Source of the DNA: Candidatus Thorarchaeota archaeon
GTDB taxonomy: Archaea; Asgardarchaeota; Thorarchaeia; Thorarchaeales; Thorarchaeaceae
Length of the DNA stretch: 64,000 nucleotides
Direction of reading: 5' to 3'
Assembly (NCBI GenBank): GCA_003345545.1
Contig: PRDH01000044.1
Coordinates: 96,001-160,000 of the forward strand
This document shows positions 37,693 to 46,311 of this stretch, one piece after another. The position numbers and the translations under genes are program-made. Position 1 is the stretch's first letter. The number at the start of each line of letters is the position of its first letter. The notes beneath the pieces are model-generated. The model worked only from the letters and a program-made list of their open reading frames with translations, searched no databases and was not told the DNA's origin.

Positions 37693-38550
37693 GTGGTGGT
37701 CATGACAACGTATCCTACTTACGATGGAAACAAGGTCACTGAGAGACCAGTGAGACTTGACAAGACTGAGGGGAATGTAATCATTGAAGGAAGGACATAT
37801 CCAGCAAGAGAACTCATTGAGGCACTTGCTCAGAGCGGCTATGCTGAACTGAGAACTGTTGGTGACTCCATTGTGCTGGGCAACAAGAGAATCACGCCCA
37901 TTTTCAAGTCTCGCCAGGAACGTGCCATGGCGGCTCTGTGTCACAGCAGCCTGGCCTATTGCTGCCCGCTCTCAAAGAGATGCGCTGAGCGAGATAGAGC
38001 CCTCGAGATAATGGGTCTGACACCCAATGAGTACGAAGACCTGAAGAAGAATGAGCATTTCAAATATGTTGAAACAGCAAAAGGAATCGGAGCCGAAGAC
38101 CCCCAATGGACAAATCAGGCGCCTAGAGACCGAATTGCCAATCGACCTGCCGTTGATCCCGGATATGGCTCGGAAGACTACAGACGTGATTTCGAAACTC
38201 TAGAGAAAACAATGGTACCGGAAGAAAACCGCTTCGATGGAAGAGACACGACATGGCGAGATTCTCGAGATGATAGAAACACACAGCAATACCGGGAGAG
38301 AGAGAGCAGGGACATCTATTCAGATCTACAGGGAGCAGTCCCCACAGAAGACGAACGCAGTCGCAGTGTCTGTAGCATAAAGCGAGACGAGTCTGTCGAC
38401 GGGATTGGCGCGCTCTTCACTCAGGGCGAACTCAGTCCGTTCCTTGACGACGCTCGAAAGGAGAACCAAGAACAGAAGTTTTGCTTCTCCTGTGGAAGGA
38501 ATATCAGAGCTGGTAGCAGAGTGTGCCCATACTGCGGCTCACGTCTATGA
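37693..38550 (+). CDS. Hypothetical protein with a methanogenesis-marker-9-like Cys cluster and C-terminal zinc ribbon
   Basis: LCHSSLAYCCPLSKRCAERDRALEIMGLTPNEYEDLK; low-complexity middle; CFSC...CPYC end. Confidence 0.7.
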   Translation: MVVMTTYPTYDGNKVTERPVRLDKTEGNVIIEGRTYPARELIEALAQSGYAELRTVGDSIVLGNKRITPIFKSRQERAMAALCHSSLAYCCPLSKRCAERDRALEIMGLTPNEYEDLKKNEHFKYVETAKGIGAEDPQWTNQAPRDRIANRPAVDPGYGSEDYRRDFETLEKTMVPEENRFDGRDTTWRDSRDDRNTQQYRERESRDIYSDLQGAVPTEDERSRSVCSIKRDESVDGIGALFTQGELSPFLDDARKENQEQKFCFSCGRNIRAGSRVCPYCGSRL

Positions 38551-38562
38551 AGAAACAAATCC

Positions 38563-39570
38563 CTAGAAGTTGCCAATCGCACTCTCTCGTCTGCGAGAAT
38601 AGTCAGAGGGGTAGTGGAACGTTGTTACAATTCTATCAATTCCAACATCCTTACCCAATGCCTTGATCTCTTGGAGCTGTTCCAAGGTCGTTACGCCCCA
38701 ACGGAAGAGGGATGCTCTTCCTCCTCTCCTCGTAAACTCATTCACAAAATAGAGTGCCTCTACGAGCTCGCTGTACTCAGAGGTTCCCTTGGCGGGGATA
38801 TCCGGAGACCATGGGAAGAGGTTAATCAAGACGTTCTTCGTAATCTCTCCGATCCTAGTGTAATCATAGCCATACTCGTTCTTTGCACCCTCTGAGAGAC
38901 CCGTTTCAGGATCAAGGAGTACTTCAACTGAGAGCCTCAGAGGTTTCTCTCTTCCAGTCGCATCATCTGCCTCCACAGCTGCATCCTGCAAGTAGGTAAG
39001 CCCCTGATGCACCTTTTCACTCCGAAACTTGTGCCATTTCTCGTGATATTCCTGATTCTCAGAAATGTACTGGTAGGTGAGCCGACCTGGCTCTTGATCG
39101 ACCATGGGTGCGAACTCCTTTCGGCAACGGTCGCAGAAGCAAAACTGATCTCTGATATAACCCCCTCCAAAGAGAAGAATCTCATCGATTGGATATGACC
39201 CGATTTCCTTCACTATCTCAGCACCGTACTGCCAGAACTCCGGGCGATTGGGGCAGATCTGATGTTCCATCTTTATGCCCCTATCATTCATGGTCTGGTA
39301 CTTCGGGTCTCGAGCGAACCATCCATCAGTATACATATCCAGCCCAACAACTGCATTAATGTCCAAAGCGTCCGTAAGGCGCACCCATTCCTCAAAGAAT
39401 GGAACATGCTGTTCTCTGACTGGCGCTGTCTTGCTGGGGTATATTGCATATCCATCAGGACCCTTGCCGACTATTCCGACAGCATCCATGTAAGAAGCAT
39501 ATGTCGAGATGAAGTCCTTTGCTGACATCTCAATGTCTTCGGGTTTGAACATGATGAGCATTTTTTGCAT
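38563..39570 (-). CDS. Glycoside-hydrolase-like TIM barrel (GHL10/GH42-like)
   Basis: ICPNRPEF...IVKEI..YPIDEILL, CFCDRC, W..FR pattern. Confidence 0.65.
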   Translation of the reverse strand: MQKMLIMFKPEDIEMSAKDFISTYASYMDAVGIVGKGPDGYAIYPSKTAPVREQHVPFFEEWVRLTDALDINAVVGLDMYTDGWFARDPKYQTMNDRGIKMEHQICPNRPEFWQYGAEIVKEIGSYPIDEILLFGGGYIRDQFCFCDRCRKEFAPMVDQEPGRLTYQYISENQEYHEKWHKFRSEKVHQGLTYLQDAAVEADDATGREKPLRLSVEVLLDPETGLSEGAKNEYGYDYTRIGEITKNVLINLFPWSPDIPAKGTSEYSELVEALYFVNEFTRRGGRASLFRWGVTTLEQLQEIKALGKDVGIDRIVTTFHYPSDYSRRRESAIGNF

Positions 39571-39705
39571 GAAAAACTCGCGGTAATTCACTTTCATTGT
39601 CAAATACCCCGTCGAAAGCATAGTATGTCAGGCTCAAGGTCTCCTTGCGTGTATCACGCTTCGGCTATAAGAATTTCTTATTCAAACCCTCATACTGCTA
39701 TGTCG

Positions 39706-42540
39706 TTAGAAAAACTTGTCTAGGGTGGTGAAACCAAGAAACTCGCTGAAGTCGAGGCCTAGAGAGTCTAGAACTTGATCGAAGACGCCCCTCAGTATAT
39801 CAATGTAGACGTCTTTGTCCACCCAGTAGGACGTTTGCTTGGCGAGTTCAACAGGAAGTACACCACCAGGCCCTTTGGTCCGGATGAACTCAATGATTGT
39901 CCCGGGTAGCACTCGATTGGGGTCTTTCGTTTTCTCGACCAGCATCTTTGCCGCTCTGACGTGTGGCGTATCAGTTGGATACTCAGACAGACGCTTCGTT
40001 ATCTGAATTCGAAAAGCCAGCTCCTCAGGAGAGTAGCCTTCAGTCTTCCCCTCAAGCCTATCGATGACATGATTCACAATCTGACGTATTCCAGCTTTTG
40101 CTGTTTCGAATCCCTCTGCGTCATCAACTCGACTCAGTACCTCAAGCATCTCTCTAAATGCCTGTTGGGCATAGTCCGGTGTGTTCCGCTTCTTCCCGCT
40201 TAATCCTTTGACTTCCACCTTCCCATCCGGATAGACACCAATGTAGTTCTTCTTTCTGTCTGAGAGCGCTACATACTTGTAGGTCTTATCAACTTCAAGA
40301 TCAATACCAAGAGCTTTTCGCGACCATTGAACTAATTCCTTCTGCTGCTCCTTTGATGGATTGTCCAGGAAGACCGAGTCTGTATCACCATAGAGCACCC
40401 TGATTCCCATATCCTCTGCCTTCGCCTTGGCCCGCTGAATAGCATCACGCCCGAAGGCAGTGATACTCTCTGCAGCTGGCATGCAAAAGAGCTCGAAATG
40501 TCTGGCTCCTGTGACACCGTAGGATGCATTGACGAACACCTTCAATGCTTTCTCCACGACCGAGTACCAGTTCCTAGTACGTTCATCCACTGTTTTGTCC
40601 TTGCTCTTGGGTTTGAACCACTTCACACGGGTGTCCCGGAAGAAGCCTATCGTCTGACTGATCATCCCTCGTCGTTTCTTACAGACCCAGTGGTCGGTCT
40701 CCGGAACTCGATTATCATCCGCATTCTTACATTCCTCATGCGGGCAGTCAATCGTTTCGTAGCTGATATTGTGTGTTTTCATGATTGTTGGGTATAGACT
40801 GGCGAAGTCTAACACTGTCGCCTTGAAGTGCACGCCAGCCACAGGCTCAATCACAATGGCTCCCTTGAACGCTTTCCCGCCAATCAATGCTTCAGTCTGT
40901 GCGTCAGATTGCTTGACTGTATCAATATCGACACGTCGCGGAATAAGCTGGCTATGGGCTCTGTGTTCCTGCCTGAACAGTGATTGAATCCAAGAGGAGA
41001 TGTAGAATCGAGTGACCTCACCCATTGACATCCTAGAGACACGCATGAGAAGGACGATGAGTCTGAGCAACAGGTTGTTCTCATACATTGTGAATCTGAG
41101 AACGAGATTCGAATCGAGCCAGCAGTAGTGAGCAAGTTCATGGTAGGATAATGCAGAGATGTTATCGCTCAGCTGGAGTTTTCGCTCACCGAGAATACCC
41201 TCTGCGATGGTGTCCAGATTCTCACGTTGATATGCACCTGAGAGTGCATAGATCTTTATTGAGGGATTGGTGAAGAACTTGTACATGTCAACATGTATTC
41301 CACGTTTCAGGTCAGCCTGCTCTCGTCGCGGGTCCTGATTGCCGCGAATCACGATTGGACAGTACTTGTCCATGTCCATATGCAGACTCTTCGCACGGTT
41401 GTAGAGGTATTTGAGGTCGAAAGTGTCCCCAACGAAGGTCAGTACAATTGGATACTTATCAATGATTTTGAAAGCCTCGACCAACATCTCAGTTTCGTCA
41501 TCAAAGTATACTAATTCAAGCTCTTTGGGGAATTTCTTGCCCTTCTTTCCTTCGGATATTCCGGCTCGACGAAGCACAAGACACTGATTGAGCCCATCGC
41601 TATCGGACAGACCTATGGCTGTGACAGGATATTGGGACACCCGAGCATCAGGAACCCTATTGACGATGGGGGTATAGACCTCGATATCAACCGCGATTCT
41701 CCTGATGTCCGGAACTTCAGTGAAAAACATAGGGGAGTATGTAGATATGATAGACTCGAGACCCTCTTCATCAGCGATTGTCTTCTTGAACTCATTGAGG
41801 ATCTTTGTGTCTACATCAGGCTGGCAGGCAATTAGCTTCCCCTTCTCTATCTTGTACATGAGGCCGGGTACGAAACCCCTATCATACGTATAACACAGAT
41901 GATAGCGTATGGTGGCTTCCCATGCATGGCTCACATTGTTATCATCAATGAGCTTCTCCCTCATCGATGCAGCACCACCACCAATGCTGAGCGGATTATC
42001 ACCGATGAGTTTTGTCATCGTCACATGCTTATCATGCAGGAGATCATGAAGCTTAATAGTTTCGGTTCTCACAAACCCAGGATTGCCGCGTACCTTTGAC
42101 TCAACGACCTGTGGCGGCCAGTCAGTATAGAGGAATGGTTTATGCCCTGTATTATCAATCCAGAAGCAGACCCTCTTTGATTTTGGTTCATAGAGCCGAG
42201 CAACTGCCTTGTTTAGTGGGCCGGAGTAGTCAATAGACAAGAGAAAGGAGGGGGACAACTCCTTTGGTTTGTCCATTTCTCCGATATTGAAGTGAATTGA
42301 TGGTTCTTCGACATCTTCCTCGGCTATTTCATCCTCCTCATCGTTTGTCGACTGAGTTTCTGGAAAGGGAGTTGAAGTAGGTGATTCCAGAGGGGCGCCT
42401 CGCCTAGATGCGGCTGCTTTCTTCTCCCGAGAGCCTTTTGCAGAAGGCACAGGAGGAGCCTCGGTTTCTTCTGCTCCGAGGAAGTCCTCTAATGAAGACT
42501 GATTAACATCTGTCGGTTTCTCATCCTTCATTAAGGTCAT
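39706..42540 (-). CDS. polB: Family B DNA polymerase (PolB1-like)
   Basis: Exo DIEV, FDLKYL, YCWLDS; Pol DFASLYP, KVFVNASYG, YGDTDS, KKNY. Confidence 0.96.
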   Translation of the reverse strand: MTLMKDEKPTDVNQSSLEDFLGAEETEAPPVPSAKGSREKKAAASRRGAPLESPTSTPFPETQSTNDEEDEIAEEDVEEPSIHFNIGEMDKPKELSPSFLLSIDYSGPLNKAVARLYEPKSKRVCFWIDNTGHKPFLYTDWPPQVVESKVRGNPGFVRTETIKLHDLLHDKHVTMTKLIGDNPLSIGGGAASMREKLIDDNNVSHAWEATIRYHLCYTYDRGFVPGLMYKIEKGKLIACQPDVDTKILNEFKKTIADEEGLESIISTYSPMFFTEVPDIRRIAVDIEVYTPIVNRVPDARVSQYPVTAIGLSDSDGLNQCLVLRRAGISEGKKGKKFPKELELVYFDDETEMLVEAFKIIDKYPIVLTFVGDTFDLKYLYNRAKSLHMDMDKYCPIVIRGNQDPRREQADLKRGIHVDMYKFFTNPSIKIYALSGAYQRENLDTIAEGILGERKLQLSDNISALSYHELAHYCWLDSNLVLRFTMYENNLLLRLIVLLMRVSRMSMGEVTRFYISSWIQSLFRQEHRAHSQLIPRRVDIDTVKQSDAQTEALIGGKAFKGAIVIEPVAGVHFKATVLDFASLYPTIMKTHNISYETIDCPHEECKNADDNRVPETDHWVCKKRRGMISQTIGFFRDTRVKWFKPKSKDKTVDERTRNWYSVVEKALKVFVNASYGVTGARHFELFCMPAAESITAFGRDAIQRAKAKAEDMGIRVLYGDTDSVFLDNPSKEQQKELVQWSRKALGIDLEVDKTYKYVALSDRKKNYIGVYPDGKVEVKGLSGKKRNTPDYAQQAFREMLEVLSRVDDAEGFETAKAGIRQIVNHVIDRLEGKTEGYSPEELAFRIQITKRLSEYPTDTPHVRAAKMLVEKTKDPNRVLPGTIIEFIRTKGPGGVLPVELAKQTSYWVDKDVYIDILRGVFDQVLDSLGLDFSEFLGFTTLDKFF

Positions 42541-42636
42541 CCACAGAATTAGTGGAATGATGTTGACTGATAAGCACTTCCCATCGGCGCGGCGTCCTCC
42601 GTGACCTTCATTAGTGGAGCATGTCTAGCAGCACCC

Positions 42637-43068
42637 ATGGTTCGCGTACACACTACGAAAGCGACGGGAAGAGTACTGGTCGCTCGACTCTTGCCTGGCG
42701 AGGATATTCTCAGCTCAATCGAGAAGATTGCAGATGAAAACAAGATTCAGTCAGCGCATTTCAGCATGATTGGTGCGGTTTCAAGAGTCCATTTGGGTTA
42801 CTTTGACAGAGAGCTGAATAGCTACAAGGATTTCACTGTAGAAGAAGACCTTGAGGTTGTTTCGGGCATTGGCAATGTCTCAAGGCATGATGGGAAGTAC
42901 GTAGTGCATGCACATATCGTCGTAGCAGACGAAATCGGCAGGTGCTATGGCGGTCATCTTCTGGGAGGATGTGAGGTTTCGGTCACCATCGAGCTCGTTA
43001 TCACTGAGATTCCTGAGATGACGAGAACTCGTGATGAGAAGTCAGGACTCAACCTGCTCAACATCTAG
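42637..43068 (+). CDS. PPC (DUF296) domain protein
   Basis: RLLPGEDI, IGAV, EVVSGIGN, HAHIV, GGHL. Confidence 0.92.
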   Translation: MVRVHTTKATGRVLVARLLPGEDILSSIEKIADENKIQSAHFSMIGAVSRVHLGYFDRELNSYKDFTVEEDLEVVSGIGNVSRHDGKYVVHAHIVVADEIGRCYGGHLLGGCEVSVTIELVITEIPEMTRTRDEKSGLNLLNI

Positions 43069-43493
43069 AATGACTTTCTGATTCGTTTTGACATCCGATC
43101 CAACTCGTCTCGCGGAGCCATTGAGTCGTGATACCCTGGTGGAAACTTGAAACCAAATGGGTCGGCATTGTTTCTGGGAATCACGTGAAAATGCAGGTGT
43201 GGCACGTCTTGCCCAGCACCCTCACCATTTGCTATGACATTGATTACACCGTCTGCTCCCGTCGCTTTCGATACTGCCTTTGTCAGCTCTGACAGTTTCA
43301 CAGACATATGAGAAAGAACATCATGGTCAACATCCATCATGTTGACAAAGTGCCTTTTCGGTATGAGTAGACAGTGTCCGGTTGTTATTGGAAAGACATC
43401 CATGAAGGCCATACAGATGTCATCCTGATATATCACGGAGGATGGCACATCACCTTGAACAATCTTGCAGAAGATACAATCCTTTGAACTCAT
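43065..43493 (-). CDS. HIT-family nucleotide hydrolase
   Basis: CIFCKIV, GHCLLIPKRH, AGQDVPHLHFHVIPR. Confidence 0.95.
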   Translation of the reverse strand: MSSKDCIFCKIVQGDVPSSVIYQDDICMAFMDVFPITTGHCLLIPKRHFVNMMDVDHDVLSHMSVKLSELTKAVSKATGADGVINVIANGEGAGQDVPHLHFHVIPRNNADPFGFKFPPGYHDSMAPRDELDRMSKRIRKSF

Positions 43494-43612
43494 GTCTCGG
43501 TACTTTGAATAAGTGCGAAATAAAGAATTCGAAGTGCTTGAGTGACGTGCGCACAAGTCTAATTAGCGTGATTGACCCGAATGAGAATAACAGGTTACTT
43601 GGGTGCATCCTC

Positions 43613-44803
43613 TTGAGCGGAAGAAGGCCAAAGGTTTACTTCGACCAGACACAAAATGAGCGCGGAAAGCTGGACAGTACATACTCTGAACTGGGTCAAA
43701 TCCTGAGGGATAACGACTTTGACGTAGAACCCTATACAGAATTCATGCTTCTTGCCAAGAATCTGAGAGAAGCGGATGTCCTGGTATTCGGATGTCCTAA
43801 TAGCTCCAAAGTACGACCTCCTGAGATAGATGTTTTGCAGAAGTACGTCAAGAATGGGGGCGGTCTGATGTTACTATCGCTCTCAGGTGGCGATAGAGGC
43901 CTCATGAATAATATGTCACAGATATCACAGGAGTTTGGAATCTCTTTCGACAATACAGCAGTCAAGGATGACAGGAACAACGCGGGGATTCCCACCATGC
44001 CAGTCATCAGCGACATTGTCGCTCATCCGACGACCGAGAACGTGGGAGAACTTCTCATCCCTTCTGCCTGCAGCCTTCATGTCAGTGGCAAGGCAGTCGC
44101 TCTGGCCCGGACATCACAGGTGGCAGAACCAAGTAGGGCGCCCATTGTTGCAGCCGCAGAGGTTGGAAAAGGCCGTATAATGTGCATTGGGAGCTATGAG
44201 ATCTTCAGAAAGGGCGGGGGTCTGAAGCACGAAGGGAATACGACATTTGCAATTAATGCATTCAAGTGGTTGAGTAGAGAACTGCAGGCAACAAAGCCCA
44301 GCACTGCTGCCACGGAGCAAACAAAGACAGAGAGTGCCAAGGCAAGAGGGGAGCTAAGAGAGGCTGATACTGTGCCTACAGCGGAGATCGAAAAGACACT
44401 TAGAAGGCTGGTCAATGCTGTGGTTGACCTTCAGAAAGACATCTCCAAGATGAATGAACAGGTCGGGAATGTTGAATCCCATATTGAGCTTCTTAGAAGT
44501 CAGTTCCAAGAGTTTGCAGAGAAGACACAACAACAACTGGGTGTCATGATGCCAGCAAAGCAGTTCAAGACTCCCGAGGAGAATAGGGCTGCAGATATTG
44601 AGGCAGACATCAGATCCCTACTAAAAGAGACAGAATCAATTCAGCAGCTCTGCGAACATATCGAACAGAGGTATGCATCTGGAGCCATGGCAAAAGAAAC
44701 CTATACCGAACAGATGGAGAGTCTAAACGCCAGAATCGTTAGTATAGGGAAGAAGATTGAGAAGAAAGAGAAGGAGCTTGAACAATTCAAGACGGAGGGC
44801 TAA
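43613..44803 (+). CDS. IFT52/GldG (GIFT)-like domain plus coiled coil
   Basis: VYFDQTQNE, EIDVLQKYVKNGGGLMLL...GG....NNMSQI..EFGI.FDN.AV resembles the IFT52 N-domain; long C-terminal heptads. TTG start assumed. Confidence 0.7.
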   Translation: MSGRRPKVYFDQTQNERGKLDSTYSELGQILRDNDFDVEPYTEFMLLAKNLREADVLVFGCPNSSKVRPPEIDVLQKYVKNGGGLMLLSLSGGDRGLMNNMSQISQEFGISFDNTAVKDDRNNAGIPTMPVISDIVAHPTTENVGELLIPSACSLHVSGKAVALARTSQVAEPSRAPIVAAAEVGKGRIMCIGSYEIFRKGGGLKHEGNTTFAINAFKWLSRELQATKPSTAATEQTKTESAKARGELREADTVPTAEIEKTLRRLVNAVVDLQKDISKMNEQVGNVESHIELLRSQFQEFAEKTQQQLGVMMPAKQFKTPEENRAADIEADIRSLLKETESIQQLCEHIEQRYASGAMAKETYTEQMESLNARIVSIGKKIEKKEKELEQFKTEG

Positions 44804-46300
44804 ATTCATCCTCTTGCACAGCAGTGACGGTGCATTCTCTGCTTCTTGATATCGACTGCCTGAGAGAAACGAGGCGGCATCGTAGCCATCACTCGCGACC
44901 TCCAGCACGACAGAGAACTGCCTATGACAGATGTATCCCAGAAGCATAAGGATTATGAATGCAATGTATACATAGCGATTGGGTGTCAGAATCAAAAGTC
45001 CAAACAGTATTGGATTCAATAACATGAATATCGATGGTTTCACTGTCTGCTTCTTCACTGAGATCATGCTTGACACAGACTGTATGGAGAAGAATGGGAT
45101 AAGTGCGACACAGTAGTACTTGTACATTCCACGTGGTGAGAAGATGTGCACACATAGTATGAGAAGCAGTGAAAGGAAGAACATGCGGCGCCAGTATGCG
45201 GGAAGATTGTTGTCATCCTTGACCTGAAGCAACATCAATACTAGAAGCGTGAGTATAGAAATCGCCAAGAAGATGTTGTAGTATGTCGCCTTGTTCACAA
45301 TGTCGACTAGCCAAGTTGGTGCGTCTAAGAAAATCAAAAGAACAGCCGGTGATATCGGCTGGGACACATCGGGAAGATTGGTGAGGTCCTCCAGTAGAAA
45401 GCCTCCTGGTCGCTGAAAGATGTAGTAGAGATAGTTCTGCAAGTCAAAGAGATATGGCAGAGACACTACTGCGATATATACCAGAACAGCCAGAGCTATC
45501 TTAGCAAATCCTCTCAAGTCAAGTTCGTCGCCGGGAGGTCTCTTGCCACCGACGACTTCAGGCTGTTTCGTCGGAGCCCTCTTCAGAATGTAGGCGATAA
45601 GTGGAAGGGCGAGAAAGAAGGCGGTCTGCTTGAAGAGTGCGGCTGTTACCATCGCCAGAGTTCCTGAAAGCCGTCTACCCTTCATCAATAGATAGAATGA
45701 CAACATCACAAAGAACACGAAGGGTGCTGGATTGAGCCATTTGAATGTGGTGTAAAAGAGCACGAGTGGATTGAATAGATACGTGATGACGGATATTTCT
45801 CCGACCCTTCTGTTCTGTGCCAGATAGGCACTGATACCATAGATTGGAAATGCAGTCAGATATCCGAAGAGACTGATCATGAATCCAATTCCGAAGGGAT
45901 CGATGGGCAAGACCAGACCGAATGCACACATGTAGACATAGAGCGGTGGATAGAAGTATGGTGTGTTCCACGAGGTTCCATCTACAAAGGTCTTGTCGAA
46001 TGTGTCCGTGTAGGGAGCTATGCCGCTAAGAAATTGCTCACCCCAGGAGTAGTAGTAATAGTCATAGTCCACATAGCCCTCAAAGTCGTAATAGACGGTA
46101 TATCCGAATAGGTCGAACTGACCCACGCCGCCCCAAGTCCCCCTGAATGGTCGGCTTCCATCTGCGATAAAATCGGAGGCGGCCCATGTAAAGATCAAGA
46201 TCCATACGATAGCAGCCACCACAAGGATGAGTATCAGGACTATGTTCGTGCGTGCAAGTGCTCCGAGTCGAGCGATGCGGGATTCGTTCTCAGTGGACAT
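44723..46300 (-). CDS. GT-C fold membrane glycosyltransferase (GT87/PIG-M-like)
   Basis: EGYVDYDYYY..W....L.G..PY, YFYPPL, FNPL, ALFKQ; many TMs. Confidence 0.75.
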   Translation of the reverse strand: MSTENESRIARLGALARTNIVLILILVVAAIVWILIFTWAASDFIADGSRPFRGTWGGVGQFDLFGYTVYYDFEGYVDYDYYYYSWGEQFLSGIAPYTDTFDKTFVDGTSWNTPYFYPPLYVYMCAFGLVLPIDPFGIGFMISLFGYLTAFPIYGISAYLAQNRRVGEISVITYLFNPLVLFYTTFKWLNPAPFVFFVMLSFYLLMKGRRLSGTLAMVTAALFKQTAFFLALPLIAYILKRAPTKQPEVVGGKRPPGDELDLRGFAKIALAVLVYIAVVSLPYLFDLQNYLYYIFQRPGGFLLEDLTNLPDVSQPISPAVLLIFLDAPTWLVDIVNKATYYNIFLAISILTLLVLMLLQVKDDNNLPAYWRRMFFLSLLLILCVHIFSPRGMYKYYCVALIPFFSIQSVSSMISVKKQTVKPSIFMLLNPILFGLLILTPNRYVYIAFIILMLLGYICHRQFSVVLEVASDGYDAASFLSGSRYQEAENAPSLLCKRMNLALRLELFKLLLFLLNLLPYTNDSGV

Positions 46301-46311
46301 GAACGCACCTC

